DNA of 64,000 nt, taken from Iphione sp. A-MEVVRFRX5. Its lineage: Eukaryota. The stretch lies in contig OZ320318.1 in NCBI GenBank assembly GCA_976226885.1, forward strand, positions 1,674,001 to 1,738,000, in the 5' to 3' direction. The number at the start of each line of letters is the position of its first letter. Position 1 is the stretch's first letter. The notes beneath the pieces were generated by a model. That model was given only the letters and a program-made list of their open reading frames with translations, was not told where the DNA came from and ran no database searches. Shown piece after piece: positions 19,190 through 33,001 of this stretch. The position numbers were made by a program, and so were the translations under genes.

Positions 19190-21760
19190 AATGTGAGTTC
19201 CTCGGGGCATGTTTGAAGCTGGGAAATACGAAGCCCCTTAACATACTGGGAGTATACAGGCCACCAGGGGACCGTGCCTCCGATTCAATACAGGATATTA
19301 ACCGGGTATGTGACGCATTTCTAAAAAAAACAACTGAGGACAACATCTTGCTGGGGGATCTCAACTTTGACTACAGTGCCGCAGGAAAATCGGGCTATGG
19401 GATATCCACCACTCTATCAGACAGGGGACTACGGCAAATTGTTAACTGCCCCTCTATGATATCTAACACACACATCCTGGACCAGGTTTGGGTAAACTTG
19501 AGGTCAATAAAGGAGGTCTCACCACTTCAATCCTTCCTGAGTGATCACGTACCCATCTGTATAACGATCAGAAAAAGGGCTCCGAAATTGATGGAGAACA
19601 TAGTCTACAGCAGACGTAAGTGGGATAATGCCGACCCTGCCCTGATTGTCGGCCATTTATGGGAAGAGGGGTTGCTGACCAAAAACGGGGATCACATTGA
19701 AGGTTGGGACAGGATGATCAACATGGCTGGGGAGCTTGTGGGGGAAATGTGTCCTGAATATACTCCAAGAAGAAGAGCAAATAGGGAAGGGTTCTCACCA
19801 AGCCCTGGGTTGCATGAGATCATACAGGACAGAGCCTACTACTATAATAAGTGGCGCTCAACAGGTTGTCTAGATAGCAAGAACATTTTCCAGTTCCTAA
19901 ACAAAAAGTGTGCTAGTATCATGAAGAGGGAAAAGGCTGAATACTGGAGAAGTAAGTTTCTAAAGGTGTAACTCCAGGAAGACATGGTGCTTAGTTAATG
20001 AGCTGACAGGAAAGGGTCAACACAGCCATAAGTTACCTGATCCGAAGGTCATCAAGGGTATAACAGGGTTGGAACTTGCAGACAGCTTCAACAATTTCTT
20101 CATCTCTGAAGTTGAGAAGTTGGTGGGCCCGGGTGACCACGGGATGCAGGCAGTGACACCCTCACTGACGCCTGAGACCGAACTCTCTGCACCAACACCA
20201 CTAGAGTTAGTGAAGTTAATTCAGGGCATAAAAACAGTGAAGTCCTCTGGTGTTCATACGCTGCCAACTAGGATATTAAAACCACTGTTGCTGTGCATCC
20301 CTGACTACCTTGCGTGGGTATTTGCCAGAATCCTAGCCACGGGCGAATATCTGGCCAGCTGAAAGTAGCGAGGGTAACACCCGTCCAAAAGAGAGGGGAC
20401 CCCAACGATCTGAAAAACTACCGGCCGGTATCCATACTTCCATTACCAGGGAAACTGTGAGCGATGGTTCGTGCCTGCTATGACCAACCATCTTGAGAAG
20501 CACCACTTACTGAGTGACTCACAACACGGCTTCTGGCAGGCAAGAAGCACGGAAACTGCAGTAGTGGACGTAATGTGCAAGGTCCAAGAGCATACCAATA
20601 GAGGTCAATACGTCTGTATATTGGCCTTTGACCTTTGCAAGGCATTTGACCTCGTCTTGCATCAAAGGGTCCTGGACAGTATGAGACAGATGGGTTTCGG
20701 GCCGCGATCAAGGGGCATTGTGTCTAGCTATTTCAAAGAAAGATCACAGTTCGTACAATGTGGTGATGGCACTTCAAGTCTGTTACCACTGGCAAGATGC
20801 ATGCCCCAGGGGTCGGTATTCAGTCCGCTAGCTTTCAACCTGGTTATCAATGACCTCCTGAACAGTCTACCCAGTGGGTGCCATCCGGTTGCCTACGCCG
20901 ATGACTTAACAGTTGTTGTGGTGGCAAGAGACCTATTGCACTGAAGAAGCAACAGCTGCGACGCAATAAATACAGTACGGGCATGGTGTCGTCGTGAACA
21001 GTTCATTCTCAGTGAGGATAAATGTGTGTATTTACCGGTGGGGAAGGCTGCTGGGCTAGACCTTGAGTTATACCTTAATGGCACCAAGATGAAAATGGTC
21101 ACATCGATGACTCTACTTGGCTACCACCTTGACGCAGCCTTTGACTTCAGGCTAAGCATGAGGGCTCTAAAGAGGGCAATGTGGGTATCAGCCCTACAGT
21201 TAGGATGTATAAAGACATGGCTACCACTGCACGTCAGATGTATGTTAGTGAGATCACTAATAGTGTCGCAGGTGTGGTATCATGCCGTAACCCTATTTGG
21301 GCTGTCACAATCAAATATTGTGAGAATGCAAACCCACCTAAATAGATGTGTTCGTGTCGCTCTGCAGCATGGTCAGTACCTATCAGGAAGAGTAATACAT
21401 TCCAGACTGGGTATCCCCCGAATAAGTGAACTTATCTTGCACCACGCATTATGTGCCATCCACCAGCAGATGAAGCTTGTCCTGATTACCTCCCGCAAAA
21501 AGACAAAGACCAGGCAGGGCTGCACGTTGATGGGGAGTACTGAAAAACCGAGGTCAGCCAGGGCTGCACGCTCCCTGAGGTATCAAGGGGTTAGACACTG
21601 GAACTCTTTAGCATTACACATAAAGTTGCTGCCAAAACTGCCCAGGCAGGGCCAATCGGTGTTCGCTGATGCTCAGTCTGATGCTCTCCTCTCGCGGTTG
21701 GTACTCGTACCCCAACAAGTGTACACTCCGTGTCTGTTTTGGATGCCTGACACATGACGG
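19190..21760 (+). pseudogene. Decayed, 5'-truncated non-LTR retrotransposon (CR1/L2-like) ORF2: APE endonuclease + RT
   Basis: GVYRPPG, GDLNFD, LDQV, SDH (EN); NYRPVSILP, QHGF, DLCKAFD, PQGSVFSP, YADD (RT); several stops and frameshifts split it into ORFs 19213, 20069, 20471, 21026. Confidence 0.9.
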
Positions 21761-22665
21761 AGGGGCTGTGCTCATTATAGTACTCTCAGTGTAACTACTT
21801 CTGCCCCATCAACCATAGAGCATATGTACTGTCTCTATTTCTCTGTAAACTGGGAATATTAACACATTCTGATCAATTTCAACTGTGATAACTTACCTGT
21901 GATAGGGACTCACTTAAAATTTTTGAACCTTCAACACACTTATCGGTCTCATGTATCCTTAAAACTTACCTTGCTAGAATGATGTACCTATAATTTGACA
22001 ATAATTGTACACTTAATTGACCTTAATTTGAATGTCAGGTGGTCCTCCCCCGAGAGGTCGCGCAGACTCACCACCCAGTGACTATAGCTGAGCGGCTTGA
22101 AGCATTGTATCCCGTGATTGCCTCTTGTAATTTCATCCATTGTATAGTACATTATACAACAAGTGTGTCATCTAGCCTAATTTCTCTTTTTAAGTTGTGT
22201 AAACTTCACCTATTCAAGGTATGTTTTTGTACAGTAACCCCGTAAGGGGGTAATATGATGTACATCATTAATGCTACCTTGTCAACTGTAGAACTTTACG
22301 TAGAGGGGTAATGCATCAGTGGCTTCCTCATATATGCCATTTATTTATGTGCTGTTGTTTCTACAAGCAGTAATGTAACTGACCCACTAGATTACCATAC
22401 CCATGATTCGTTTCTTCTTACACATGTAGGATTTTACAATAAGCAAAACCAAGTAGACTCGTATACTTCACCACTTGTTTGCCAATTGCTTACTCACACA
22501 CTTTGTATCTATCGTTTTCCAACACGTTCTGTTGCCAAGGAGAGCTCCGTGTAAAAACGGAGATTTGGTAATAAAGACTTCTTGAAATCTTGAAATCTTG
22601 AATCTCTTTCCTATGGGGTAAGTTGCTTTAAGTGAGTTAGTAAACCAGCATCAATCTTTTTGCTG

Positions 22666-23070
22666 GATCTGCATGCCAAGAAACAGTTCTGAATAGGCCT
22701 GAAATTCCTGTTAGATTTTCAAGCATCACAGTTTATCTGTATTTGAAACCTTGGGAGATCTGCATGCCAAGAAACAGTGCTGAATAGGCCTGAAATTTCT
22801 GTTAGATTTGCAAGCATCACAGTTTATCTGTATTTGAAACCTTGGAAGATCTGCATGCCGAGGAACAGTTCTAAATAGGCCTGAAATTCCTGGTAGATTT
22901 GCAAGCATCACAATTTATCTGTATTTGAAACCTTGGGAGATCTGCATGCCAGGAAACGGTTTTAGACAGACTGGAATTCTTTTCAGATTTGCCAGTACAT
23001 GCATTTTATTGTAGATGAACCCTTGGAGATCTGCATGCTGAGGAAAAGTTCCTGACAGATTCCGATTTCT
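22666..23070. repeat. ~91-bp tandem repeat, ~4.5 copies
   Basis: GATCTGCATGCC recurs at 22666, 22757, 22848, 22938, 23028. Confidence 0.9.
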
Positions 23071-23225
23071 GTGTCAGATTTCTATAACAATCTATATGAT
23101 TTACAGCCTTAATAATTTCTGCTGATACTAAATTCATTCACATTTTCCGTGGTCCACTATTCTAATAAAGGTATAATATCCTTGTTTGAAAGCCATGTGT
23201 TTAAATTTTTCTTTGTTTGCAGTAT

Positions 23226-25148
23226 TTATACACAGGAAGAAATCCGCTTCTTGAGCTCCTGGAAGGCCTCATCGCATTGGTCGTCCCACCGGAACTCTGC
23301 TTCCTTCATCAACAAAGTGTTCAAAGGCATGGTGATGGTAGCAAAGGCCCGTACGAAACTGCGGTAGTATGAACAGAGGCCAATAAAACTCCGCAGCTCC
23401 GTCAGACAACGGGGTCGGGGCCAAGCCTGTATTGCTCGGATCTTGTCAGGGTCCGGTCCTACGCCATCAGCTGAGACCCGGTGCCCCAGATACGCCACTT
23501 CCTCCTGAAAGAGCTGGCACTTGCTTGGCTTCACTCTCAGTCCCGCCTGTAGCAGCCTGCTGAAAACCTCCTCCAAGCATTCGACCATCTCCTCCACCGT
23601 CCGCCCAATCACAATCACGTCATCCAGATAGACCAGGCACGTCTGTCCCACCAGTCCTCGCAGCACTGCCTCCATGAGTCGCTCAAACGTAGAGGGAGCA
23701 TTACAGAGGCCGAACGGCATCACGGTAAACTGGTACAGACCGGCGGAGGTACACACCACTGTCTTCTCCCTGTCTTCTGGTCGTAACTGTACTTGCCAAT
23801 ATCCTGCCGCGAGATCAATGGCCGAGAAATACTTCGCTCCCTGCAAGGCATCCAGTGTATCATCGATGCGGGGGAGAGGGTAGGCATCCTTCTTGGTAAC
23901 GTGATTTAGGGCCCGGTAATCAATGCAGAACCTCCAGCCGCCATCTTTCTTCCGAACCAAGACTACTGGTGATGTCCATGGACTGGTCGACGGCTCTAGA
24001 ACACCCTTTCGTAGCATGTCGTCCACTTCCTTCTGTACGGCCTTGCGCTTGGCCGGAGGCAGCCGTCGCACCCTCTAACGAATGGGGCTGTGTCCCTGGG
24101 TGTCAATGTTGTGGACGACCACATCGGTTCGTCCTAACAGCTCGTCTTCCCGTTGAAACACCTTGCTGCAGCGCGTCAACATGTCCTTGATACGCTGTCG
24201 CTGGGAGGTGGAGAGCGTGTCCGGCAAGGTTTCCAACAATCCAGTCAGTCCGTGAGTGGTCTCTTCCTCAACTACTCGTGCCCGTCCGAGTTCTTCTTCC
24301 TCCTTGCCTGAGACAGGGGTCGCCACTCCTATAACTGTCCCCTCCCTCAACTGAATCCGCGTAGAGCCAGGGTTACAAAGCTGTAGCAGGCCTCGCGTCA
24401 CTCCTGTCTCCCACAGCGTCCTAGCTACATGGATTCCCGACCTCGCCTCGAAGTTCTCCGCGCCTTCCACTAAGACTTCCTCGGCGGCCCTGGCGGCCCC
24501 ATCCAGTGCCGCCTCCACGTATCCTACGCTTCCGCCTTCCACCGCTGTGTGCCCTACCAGACAGACTCGCCGTGACTCGCCCTCTCTATCCTTTGGCACC
24601 CTCACTCGCAGCTCGGATGTAGAAGCGTCCAACAGCCCCCTCCAATGCACCAAGGTGTCCATGCCTAAAATTCCGTCGCAGTCAATGTTGGCAATCAGAA
24701 CCTTCACAGAAACACACAGGGACTCGAACCGTACCTCCACCTCCGCCCGTCCTCCTACTTTCAGAGGTGTCCCGTCTGCACACAACATGCGTCCTCCTAC
24801 TGAAGCTTCACCCTCGATGCCCACTGCTTCTGCAACTTTTTGACTCAGGATCATCAGGGAGGCGCCCGTATCGACCAGCCACTTCACCTTTCTCCCTCGA
24901 ATTTGACTACTGAGGATGATGCCGCAGCCAGTCTGGTCAGGATCTCCTTCCAGCACCACCTCCTGGCACTCTTCTTCCCCCAGTCGCAGTTGCCGCAGAT
25001 GATCCTCAGCAGAGTCCTCAAGTGTGGTAACGGCCGCCCTCCCTACTGCTGGGGAGCGGCTGCTGGCCCGTTTCCCGAGGTCTTGATGCAGCAGGCGTCG
25101 TCCCCTTGTACTGCAGGCAGTCCTTCTTAAAGTGTCCGGGATCATCAC
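23226..25148 (-). pseudogene. Gypsy pol fragment (protease + RT)
   Basis: ORFs 24075..25148 and 23226..24071 are in one frame separated by a single TAG (24075-24077). Confidence 0.9.
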
Positions 25149-26211
25149 AAATGAAACAACCCTTCTTCTTCCCCTGCCTTCGTGCTCCTGTTCCCGAGTC
25201 CTGACGCTTCACCAGCTGACCCAGCAATTCCTCAATGCGGTGCCACGGTTCAGCTGCTCCACTTGACTTGCCTTCAGTACTCTCCTCTCTGTGCTCAGCC
25301 ACGTGTACCCGCTTCGGTGTGCGTTCTCGCTTGCTGTCATAATAAGACTCGGCCAGTTGAGCTTCTGACAGCGCTGTGCGGAAGGAGGTGACTCGCACCT
25401 GCGTTACCCACTTCCATTCCTTTTCATTGGCCAAAGCCCCAAGGAAGTACTCCCGACACATCCTGTCCTTCCATTGGCCCGTAGCCTCGGGATAGGCCAA
25501 ATGGACCAATCGCTCCACGTCATCGGCTAAATCGGCCAGTTTCTCCTCCTTCCCCTGTCTGCGATACTTCAGCTGCTGCATGTAGGCATCGATCTGATCC
25601 GCCGGCTGGAACCGATCACGCAGGGCCTGGACTATCTTGTTGAACGCTTCGGGCTCTTCCACATCGACCTGGGCGTTACGCAACGCCGTCCGTGCTGCCT
25701 TGCGCAAAGCCACTCCAAGTTGAATGGCTTTCTCCCTGTCATCCCACGCGTTGGCCGCTGCAACCAGCTGATAATGGTGGAGAAAATCCGGCAGGGACGT
25801 TGATCCATCATAGGTGTCCAGCTTAATGGAGGTGCGGAGAGGTCTCTCCGAGGGCCGGGCCACCCGCCTGAGCTCGTCAACCAGGTCCTGAATGAGGGGG
25901 TCCTCCTCCTGCCTTGGCCGGACTTCTTCCTCATCACTGGACTCCTCTTAGGAAGACGCCCCAGCAGCCTCTTCTTCCTCCTCTTTGAGTTCACGTGCTC
26001 TAACTGCTCGGGGTCGAGGTGCGGGAACGGGGGTGGCTGTTATCGCCCGCCTTTCCCCCTCCCCAGCACCTGTAAATGGGGATAGAGTCCTTCTCCTCCT
26101 ACCGTCAACCTTCTCCTCAGCTTCAAGGGTACAAGCCGTGTCTGCACCGCGCCTCGAGGGAGCCTTCTTCCCCCCCCCCGGGGAAGTTCTCCGCCCAGCC
26201 CGATGACCCAT
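25018..26211 (-). pseudogene. Gypsy gag
   Basis: ORFs 25948..26211 and 25018..25863 are in one frame separated by TAA (25948-25950); KLDTYDG, CFICDDPGHFKKDC. Confidence 0.88.
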
Positions 26212-26384
26212 GCTCTGCCCCTAGGTTCCCCGCACCAACTGCGGGGAAGGGCATCTCCGCAATTTCTGAGGAGTAAGGATGCTCCGCATCTTCTGAGGAG
26301 TAAGAGTGCTCCGCACGATCTGAGGAGTAAGAGTGCTCTGCACGATCTGAGGAGTCATTGTTCTCCGCACCAGAAGGAGAGCCT

Positions 26385-26402
26385 ATCCCACCGCTGCCAC
26401 CA
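26385..26402 (-). other. Primer binding site, tRNA-Leu type
   Basis: TGGTGGCAGCGGTGGGAT, 1 nt after the LTR end; complementary to the 3' end of metazoan tRNA-Leu(AAG/TAG) as I recall it (..ATCCCACCGCTGCCA-CCA). Confidence 0.85.
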
Positions 26403-26403
26403 A

Positions 26404-26635
26404 TGTTACGACCCAATCTAAGCATGTCGAATAAACTGATGTCCACACAGGAAGAAAATAGACGTGCTGTTTATTCAAGAGCAAACTGTGAACTGACTTG
26501 GTCCCCGCACGCATCCTTATTTATACACCAGCCATAACGTGCGGGGTAACTAACTGCGGAGACATTTACTCCTCAAAAATCGCGGAGAACAAGTTACTCA
26601 GCATGAATTGCGGGGAAGTACATCCCCGCACAACA
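26404..26635 (-). repeat. Gypsy 5' LTR (232 bp)
   Basis: TGTT...AACA termini, directly followed by the PBS. Confidence 0.85.
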
Positions 26636-28739
26636 ATATTGTCTTTTTGTACTTTGATGCAGTCTTTTTAATGTACTAACATTTGATCACTACACTACAG
26701 TGGTTTGACCAAAAGAGTTGGCATCAGCAGCAGAAGTACTTGCACTTTTCTTCTTGTTTAGGAGTAATGAGTAATAGTGAGTAATTGATGATTTCTGTGC
26801 TTACCTTTCCTGACGGAATAGTCATGTGGTGACAGCCTTATGAATATTTGGCAGAAAAATCACTTTTAAGATTATTTCATTGCCATTCTCACATTCAACA
26901 TATACATAGTTCAAGATATCTTCCCCTCCCACAAAAAATGTCTACCCTGACCCTTCTCTAGTAGTGTGGTCTATAATGTCATTTTATTTTGCCAAAAATC
27001 ATTATCAGAGGTACCCCTTTACATCACATATTACCATAGCGTTTGGTTTGATATTTACAAACATATCATTTGTCCCTGTAGAGGAACATGTCTATATTTG
27101 TCCTGGTACTTTTTGACTTTCTATATATATATCAAGAGAGAGGCCGTAGGCCACAAATTTTATACAGAATGCCAAATTCCTTGTAGAAATGATTATAGAT
27201 TGCAGGTATGTTTTGTTAATTGCAGAAAATTTTGCAGAAAAGAGTCACATCAGTAAGGGTATGCATGCAAATACAGACGTATATACAGGGTCAGGGTTCA
27301 AAACAGGGATAAAAGCCTAAAAGCATAAGATTTGGGGTACAGGAGTAGAGGTCGAAGGACAAAGTTAGACTGGTGTAGGTCAAGCGGCAGGGGTATAGGA
27401 AAAGTAGATTTTGTTTGTAAATGTTGCAGAAAGATTACAATGAAGGGTAGCTGTAGTTATCTTTTGTGCTAATGTAGTATGAAATCCTCAGGAAACATGT
27501 GCCAATGATGCACGAAGAGGTCCCATGTCCCTACTCCTGGCCATGCCTGCAGTACACTGTGCCTAGGTCTACAGTGTCCCCAAGTCTTCTTTACCACAGG
27601 TCAGTGAACTCACACATCATCACAGGGTTACCAGACTTGTTGCAATGCATTTTTGCTGCATTTTTACAGCTATGTCATGGAATTCCTCGATTCCATCAGT
27701 GGAGAGTCTATTCTGATATATTTAAAGGCAATACACGATGGTTGCTTGACCCTCGGGTAATCGATCAGTTGCCCATACAGATGCCTGCCTCCTGCACATC
27801 CACACCCACCCTTACCACCAACCCCGCTCCCCCTACTAATACCTATTCAATGGCCATCTTTTTGATGCATAAGGCCTACCTCAGGAACACGTATCTGCTG
27901 TGCGAGAGAGGTCTGAAAGACTCCTCATTACTTTCACGGCTGTACTAGACCTCCCATTAGGATGTCATAATGAGATGAAAAGGAAAGCTCATACCTGTTC
28001 ATCCAATGAAAACCTCCTTTTATTTTCAACCATGCTGTCTCTTTTCTCTACTCATTGTCACATGTGTACAAATGATAGACAAGCACATCAATCAGTTACA
28101 TACTATCGTTTTGTAATGTCTTCGGTGGTTACAATATATCACAGACATGATTATATTGAATCACTCTTTTGTATATGCACATGTATGTTCTATTTAGTAC
28201 AAATGAATGAAATAAACATTAGGAACATAATTAGGTTCAGATGTATGACATTTCCACTTCTATGTATAATTCTAGTATTCCACTATTTACATCATACCTC
28301 TGGCTCCTACTGATACTTGTCCAAATCTAAGGACCTTACACCATTGCAGCTGCTAAAAACTAAATCCAACTGCTGGAAATCAGCGCAGATCCTACCATTC
28401 TAACTTAAAGACTTAACCTGGGCCTGAAAATGGTTGTCTTAGATTTTTTGTCTTCTTCATATGCAACTGATAATACAGTCGAGCGTTTCACATCAAAAAC
28501 GTGTATTATCTTACAGAGATGACATTATCCCCTCTTCTTTCTAGGTAGTCATTGTATTCTACCAAAAATGAGCCATTTTTGTTTTAAATGTAAAGCCTTA
28601 AATGTAAGGGCAGAGGAACCTCATGCCCTGGGACACCCAAGACAGAGGACACGCCTAGACTGGGGAAGAGTTTAAGAAAGAAACAGGAAACCCCTAGACT
28701 GGGAAGAGTTTGGGCTGCAACAACCATGGTACCATCCAA

Positions 28740-29310
28740 GCCTGAGGACACCTGTAAGTGGGGAGGACTGGGAACGCCTGTGAGTAGGGAGGATTGGGAA
28801 CACCTGTAAGTAGGGAGAACTAAGAACACCTGTAAGTGGGGAGGATTGGGAACACCTGTAAGTGGGGAGGTCTGGGAATGCTCGTGAGTAGGAAGGACTG
28901 GTAATACCCGTAAATGGGGAGGACTGGGAACACCTGTAAGTAGAGAGGACTGGGGACACCTGTAAGTGGGGAGGACTGGGAACACTCGTGAGTAGGGGGG
29001 ACTGGGAATACCCGTAAGTGGGGAGGATTGGGAACACCTGTAAGTGGGGAGGACTGGGAACACCTGTAAGTGTAGAGGACTGGGAACACCTGTAAGTGGG
29101 GAGGACTAGAAACACCTGTAAGTGTAGAGGACTGGGAACACCTGTAAGTGGAGAGGACTGGGAGCACCTGTTAGTCTGGAGGACTGGGAGCACCAGTGAG
29201 TAGGAAGGACTGGGAACACCCATAAGTGGATAGGATTGAGAACACCTGTAAGTGGGGAGGTCTGGGAATGCTCGTGAGTAGGGAGGATTGGGAACACCTG
29301 TAAGTGGGGA
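28740..29310. repeat. 26-bp minisatellite
   Basis: Consensus CACCTGTAAGTGGGGAGGACTGGGAA. Confidence 0.92.
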
Positions 29311-29454
29311 CATGTGAGCTTCTGCTGTAACTGTTTTCATGCACTCATTGTTTTAGATCTATGGGTATATACAATCCATTCTTTTTCTTCAGTAACCTGT
29401 GTTAAATTGTTCAAATGGTAAGGTGCATACAGGACTCAAGATATGAGATCTGCT

Positions 29455-29985
29455 TTACATATAGCATGATAAAGTCTGTATGTGTGGTATGTAGCATGAT
29501 AAAATTTGCATGTGTGGTGTGTAGCATGATAAAGTCTGTATGTGTGGTATGTAGCATGGTAAAGTCTGTATGTGTGGTATATAGTATGATAAAGTCTGTA
29601 TGTGTGGTATGTAGCATGGTAAAGTCTGTATGTGTGGTATATAGGATGACAAAGTTTGTATATATGGTATGTATAACAATAAAGCCTGTATGTGTGGTAT
29701 GTAGCATAATAAAGCCTGTATGTATGGTATGCAGCATGATAAAATCTGTATATGTGGTGTGTAGCATGATAAAGTCTGTATGTGTGGTATGTAGCATAAT
29801 AAAGCCTGTACATATGGTATGCAGAATGATAAAGTCTGTATGTGTGATATGTAGCATGATGGAAGTCTGTATGTATGGTATGTTGCATGATAAAGTCTGT
29901 ATGTGTGATATGTAGCATGATGGAAGTCTGTATGTATGGTATGTAGCATGATAAAGTCTGTATGTGTGGTATGTAGCATGATAAA
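29455..29985. repeat. 30-bp minisatellite
   Basis: Consensus TAGCATGATAAAGTCTGTATGTGTGGTATG. Confidence 0.92.
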
Positions 29986-31660
29986 GTGCCCTGCCCTTCT
30001 GATGTTCCTATTCTAGGTTTTCACACTAAGCTAACTTAGCCTATAAACGGAGAGTTTGATTGGTCAGTTCTATTCGTCATTCAGAATTTGAACTGGCCAG
30101 GTTGTTTCCAAGCCATCTGTATGATAGGCTACTTCTGTAAATGCATCTCATACTTGGCCGAGATCCAACATGGTGCAATCTCTTGGGCCTCCCTACTCTT
30201 TACCACTGCTGCCTACATCTCCATGATCACTGCCACACAAAGCCCGGTTCATTTCCTGATGGTAAAGGATTTCTGCTGACTCAGCAATGAGTCAGTTGGC
30301 ATACGGTTGGGCAACCGAATGTTCGGCTAATGGTTGAAATCTACATGGCGTCACGTTTGCTGTCAGTGTGATGCATGTTGGTTCGAACACCCTGGCCGTG
30401 CAGTCAGCCATACACGCCATGCAGGGGGCAACAGTCGGGAGACCAGTGTCCTGCAGACTGGTACCCAAGCCCTTGTTTCATTTTTCATTAACACTTTCAT
30501 CAAAATTTCCCCCAAATCATTCGTATGAGAGCGCCAATTATCATCACTGTTCACACGACTACCACCCTGAGGCCTCTGAGGCCTCAGGCTCTGTCCTCTG
30601 GACCCGCATCTTCAGGGGTAAATCTTGAACTTCACCAATACAGTGATGCTGTGGCGGTGATTGATAACGGTCACTGATAAGTCTTAGTTAAGCCAATTAA
30701 TAAGCAAAACTTATGCACAGGAAGTAGAAAGAGTAGCAATGCCTCTGACTGTGGGCTGTGCCAGGCCCAGCCTCATTCAAAGTATGGACACTATAAGGGG
30801 ATATGTCGATGTGCACAGGTTGTCTGACTGCGGCAAACTGATTTCAGCATAGTCTGAGACTATACCCATGTACATGGATTATATGGACCCGCAGGTGGGT
30901 CCAGACAGAATGATAATATGTCCGTACCAGACCTGCATACATGGAAATACCAGCTTAGGCTAAATTTCCATGTAGCTCACTTTCACACCCATGACCGTGT
31001 CTTTCACTGTGTTTTGGAGAGAATATGCTTCCAGGCATGTGTATAGCATGTGCACCTCTAGCGTGTTTTCACATTGGGAAGTGTCCCAATCTGCTCTGTT
31101 TTCACAGCCATGATGGTGTGTATTGTTTAGAAACTATGCTTGTCTACTGAGATGATACATGATGAACAAGCTAAATATTCACACGTGTGCATGGCGACAT
31201 GGTTTTACTTTTCATGGACTTCAAACACTCTACACAGATACATGGAAATGAAGCCTACAAAGACTGGGGAAGAAATACAGCATCCCCTGGCTAGGGGGTT
31301 GTTCACATGTCCACGTTTGCAGTGCTAATGGATGTGCTATAGCATATGCATTAGTTGTTTCACATACACCCATACCGGCACACACGATATCGTACTGTGT
31401 TTGGTTATGTTTCTCTGTACCCACTCCAGGGTGGGTTATCACGTCTCGAACCAGTATACCAAAGGAAAGTAGTGTAGAAGACAGCTGCTCCCCTTCTGGT
31501 ATTATATCATCATGTACCTCTACAGGGGGTATCATGTTAACATCTCTACTCATGTGAAAAATACTCATACATGTGAAGATCGCCTTATCAGGTCATGTTG
31601 GTACCATGTTGATTTGACTGTGACAGCGAGTGACCACATTGCCGAACAGTCTATAAATGT

Positions 31661-32230
31661 CTATTAGTTTGGTGCTGGGCTCAACTGGCTGGACTAGTGA
31701 GGTGGCTGGTTTACTGAGATGGAAACGGGGCCACGGATGACTGTATAACCCTCTCACCCCTAACATAACTATATACTCTATTAGTTTGGTGCTGGGCTCA
31801 ACTGGCTGGACTTGTGCGGTGGCTGGTTTACTGAGATGGAAACGGGGCCACGGATGACTGTATAACCCTCTCACCCCTAACATAACTATATACTCTATTA
31901 GTTTGGTGCTGGGCTCAACTGGCTGGACTTGTGAGGTGGCTGGTTTACTGAGATGGAAACGGGGCCACGGATGACTGTATAACCCTCTCACCCCTAACAT
32001 AACTACATACTCTATTAGTTTGGTGCTGGGCTCAACTGGCTGGACTAGTGAGGTGGCTGGTTTACTGAGATGGAAACGGGGCTGCGGATGACTGTATAAC
32101 TCTTTCACCACTAACATAACTACATACTCTATTAGTTTGGTGCTGGGCTCAACTGGCTGGACTTGTGAGGTGGCTGGTTTACTGAGATGGAAACGGGGCC
32201 GTGGATGACTGTATAACCCTCTCACCCCTT
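31661..32230. repeat. 117-bp tandem repeat, ~5 copies
   Basis: CTATTAGTTTGG at 31661, 31778, 31895, 32012, 32129. Confidence 0.92.
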
Positions 32231-32820
32231 TCAACACTGCATACTCTACTTCTTTCATATGACCTGCCTCTATCGAACATTGTTAGAATGATTCCATTTT
32301 CGTGACATATAGTACTGAAGCTTCACATCAAATGTTTTCCTCAGTCATATCTGACCCACTAGTTTAAGCAATAACGGCCTTGAACCATGCAAACTTCAAG
32401 AGTAAAAGTATACATGTACTCCCAGCCATTTCATCACACTTCTCCATTTCACGGAGTCTGGTGAATGATTCCCCCACACATGGGAATGCTGGAGGTATCA
32501 TTACATTCATTGAGAAAGAAAATATTCACATTTGTCAAGACTATAACGCGGACAATTTCACCAAATACTTTACTGTGAAAGAAGTCTTTTTGCTACACCT
32601 CTGCAATATCAACGCCAGTGTTCGGAACTTAACATTTGTCCCCAACATCTTTAAGTGAAAGTTGTTCAGGCTATTCAGTTGCATGTTCTTGAGACATCGT
32701 AAGTATATTTCATCAGCATATTTTATATCTTGTTTTGTAAAGATATTTCAATAATGATTGATTAGAAATACTTCCCTAAAATCCATTATATGTGCTTTTT
32801 TCTCAAACACTATAGGTTAA

Positions 32821-33001
32821 CCCACTCAGGGTGGCACTGTGCATTAATGCTCTCCCAGGCCAGGGATAGAGTGTGCATTAATGCACTCCCAGGCCAGGGA
32901 TAGAGTGTGCATTAATGCACTCCCAGGCCAGGGATAGAGTGTGTTAAAGCATAGAAAGATGAATGTGTAAAGACTGAGATACTCCTGCCAGTTTTAAAGG
33001 G
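32821..33001. mobile_element. Possible piggyBac-type non-autonomous element containing a short 3-copy repeat
   Basis: TTAA|CCC ... GGG|TTAA; inner TIR match is poor. Confidence 0.35.

Larger units (their letters stand above)
23232..26635 (-). mobile_element. 3'-truncated, inactivated Ty3/Gypsy LTR retrotransposon
   Basis: 5' LTR, PBS, gag with CCHC knuckle, protease (LVDTGAS), RT (YLDD). Breaks off at the start of RNase H; no integrase or 3' LTR. Confidence 0.92.

Noticed and set aside
22030-22130. tRNA-derived SINE or ribozyme 3' of the LINE (TAGCTGAGCGG A-box-like; GGTGG..CCACC stem)
   Set aside because: No B-box, no cloverleaf and no complete HDV or hammerhead core could be assembled.
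27499-27948. 149-aa ORF, possibly an L1/Tx1 remnant
   Set aside because: No diagnostic motif could be matched.
28584-29979. Several 110-220 aa ORFs on both strands
   Set aside because: They are translations of the 26-bp and 30-bp minisatellites, with no splice or domain support.
30080-32760. Possible hidden minus-strand gene (ORFs at 30363, 31230 and ~32500-32750)
   Set aside because: I could not join them into a phase-consistent model, and no family is recognisable.
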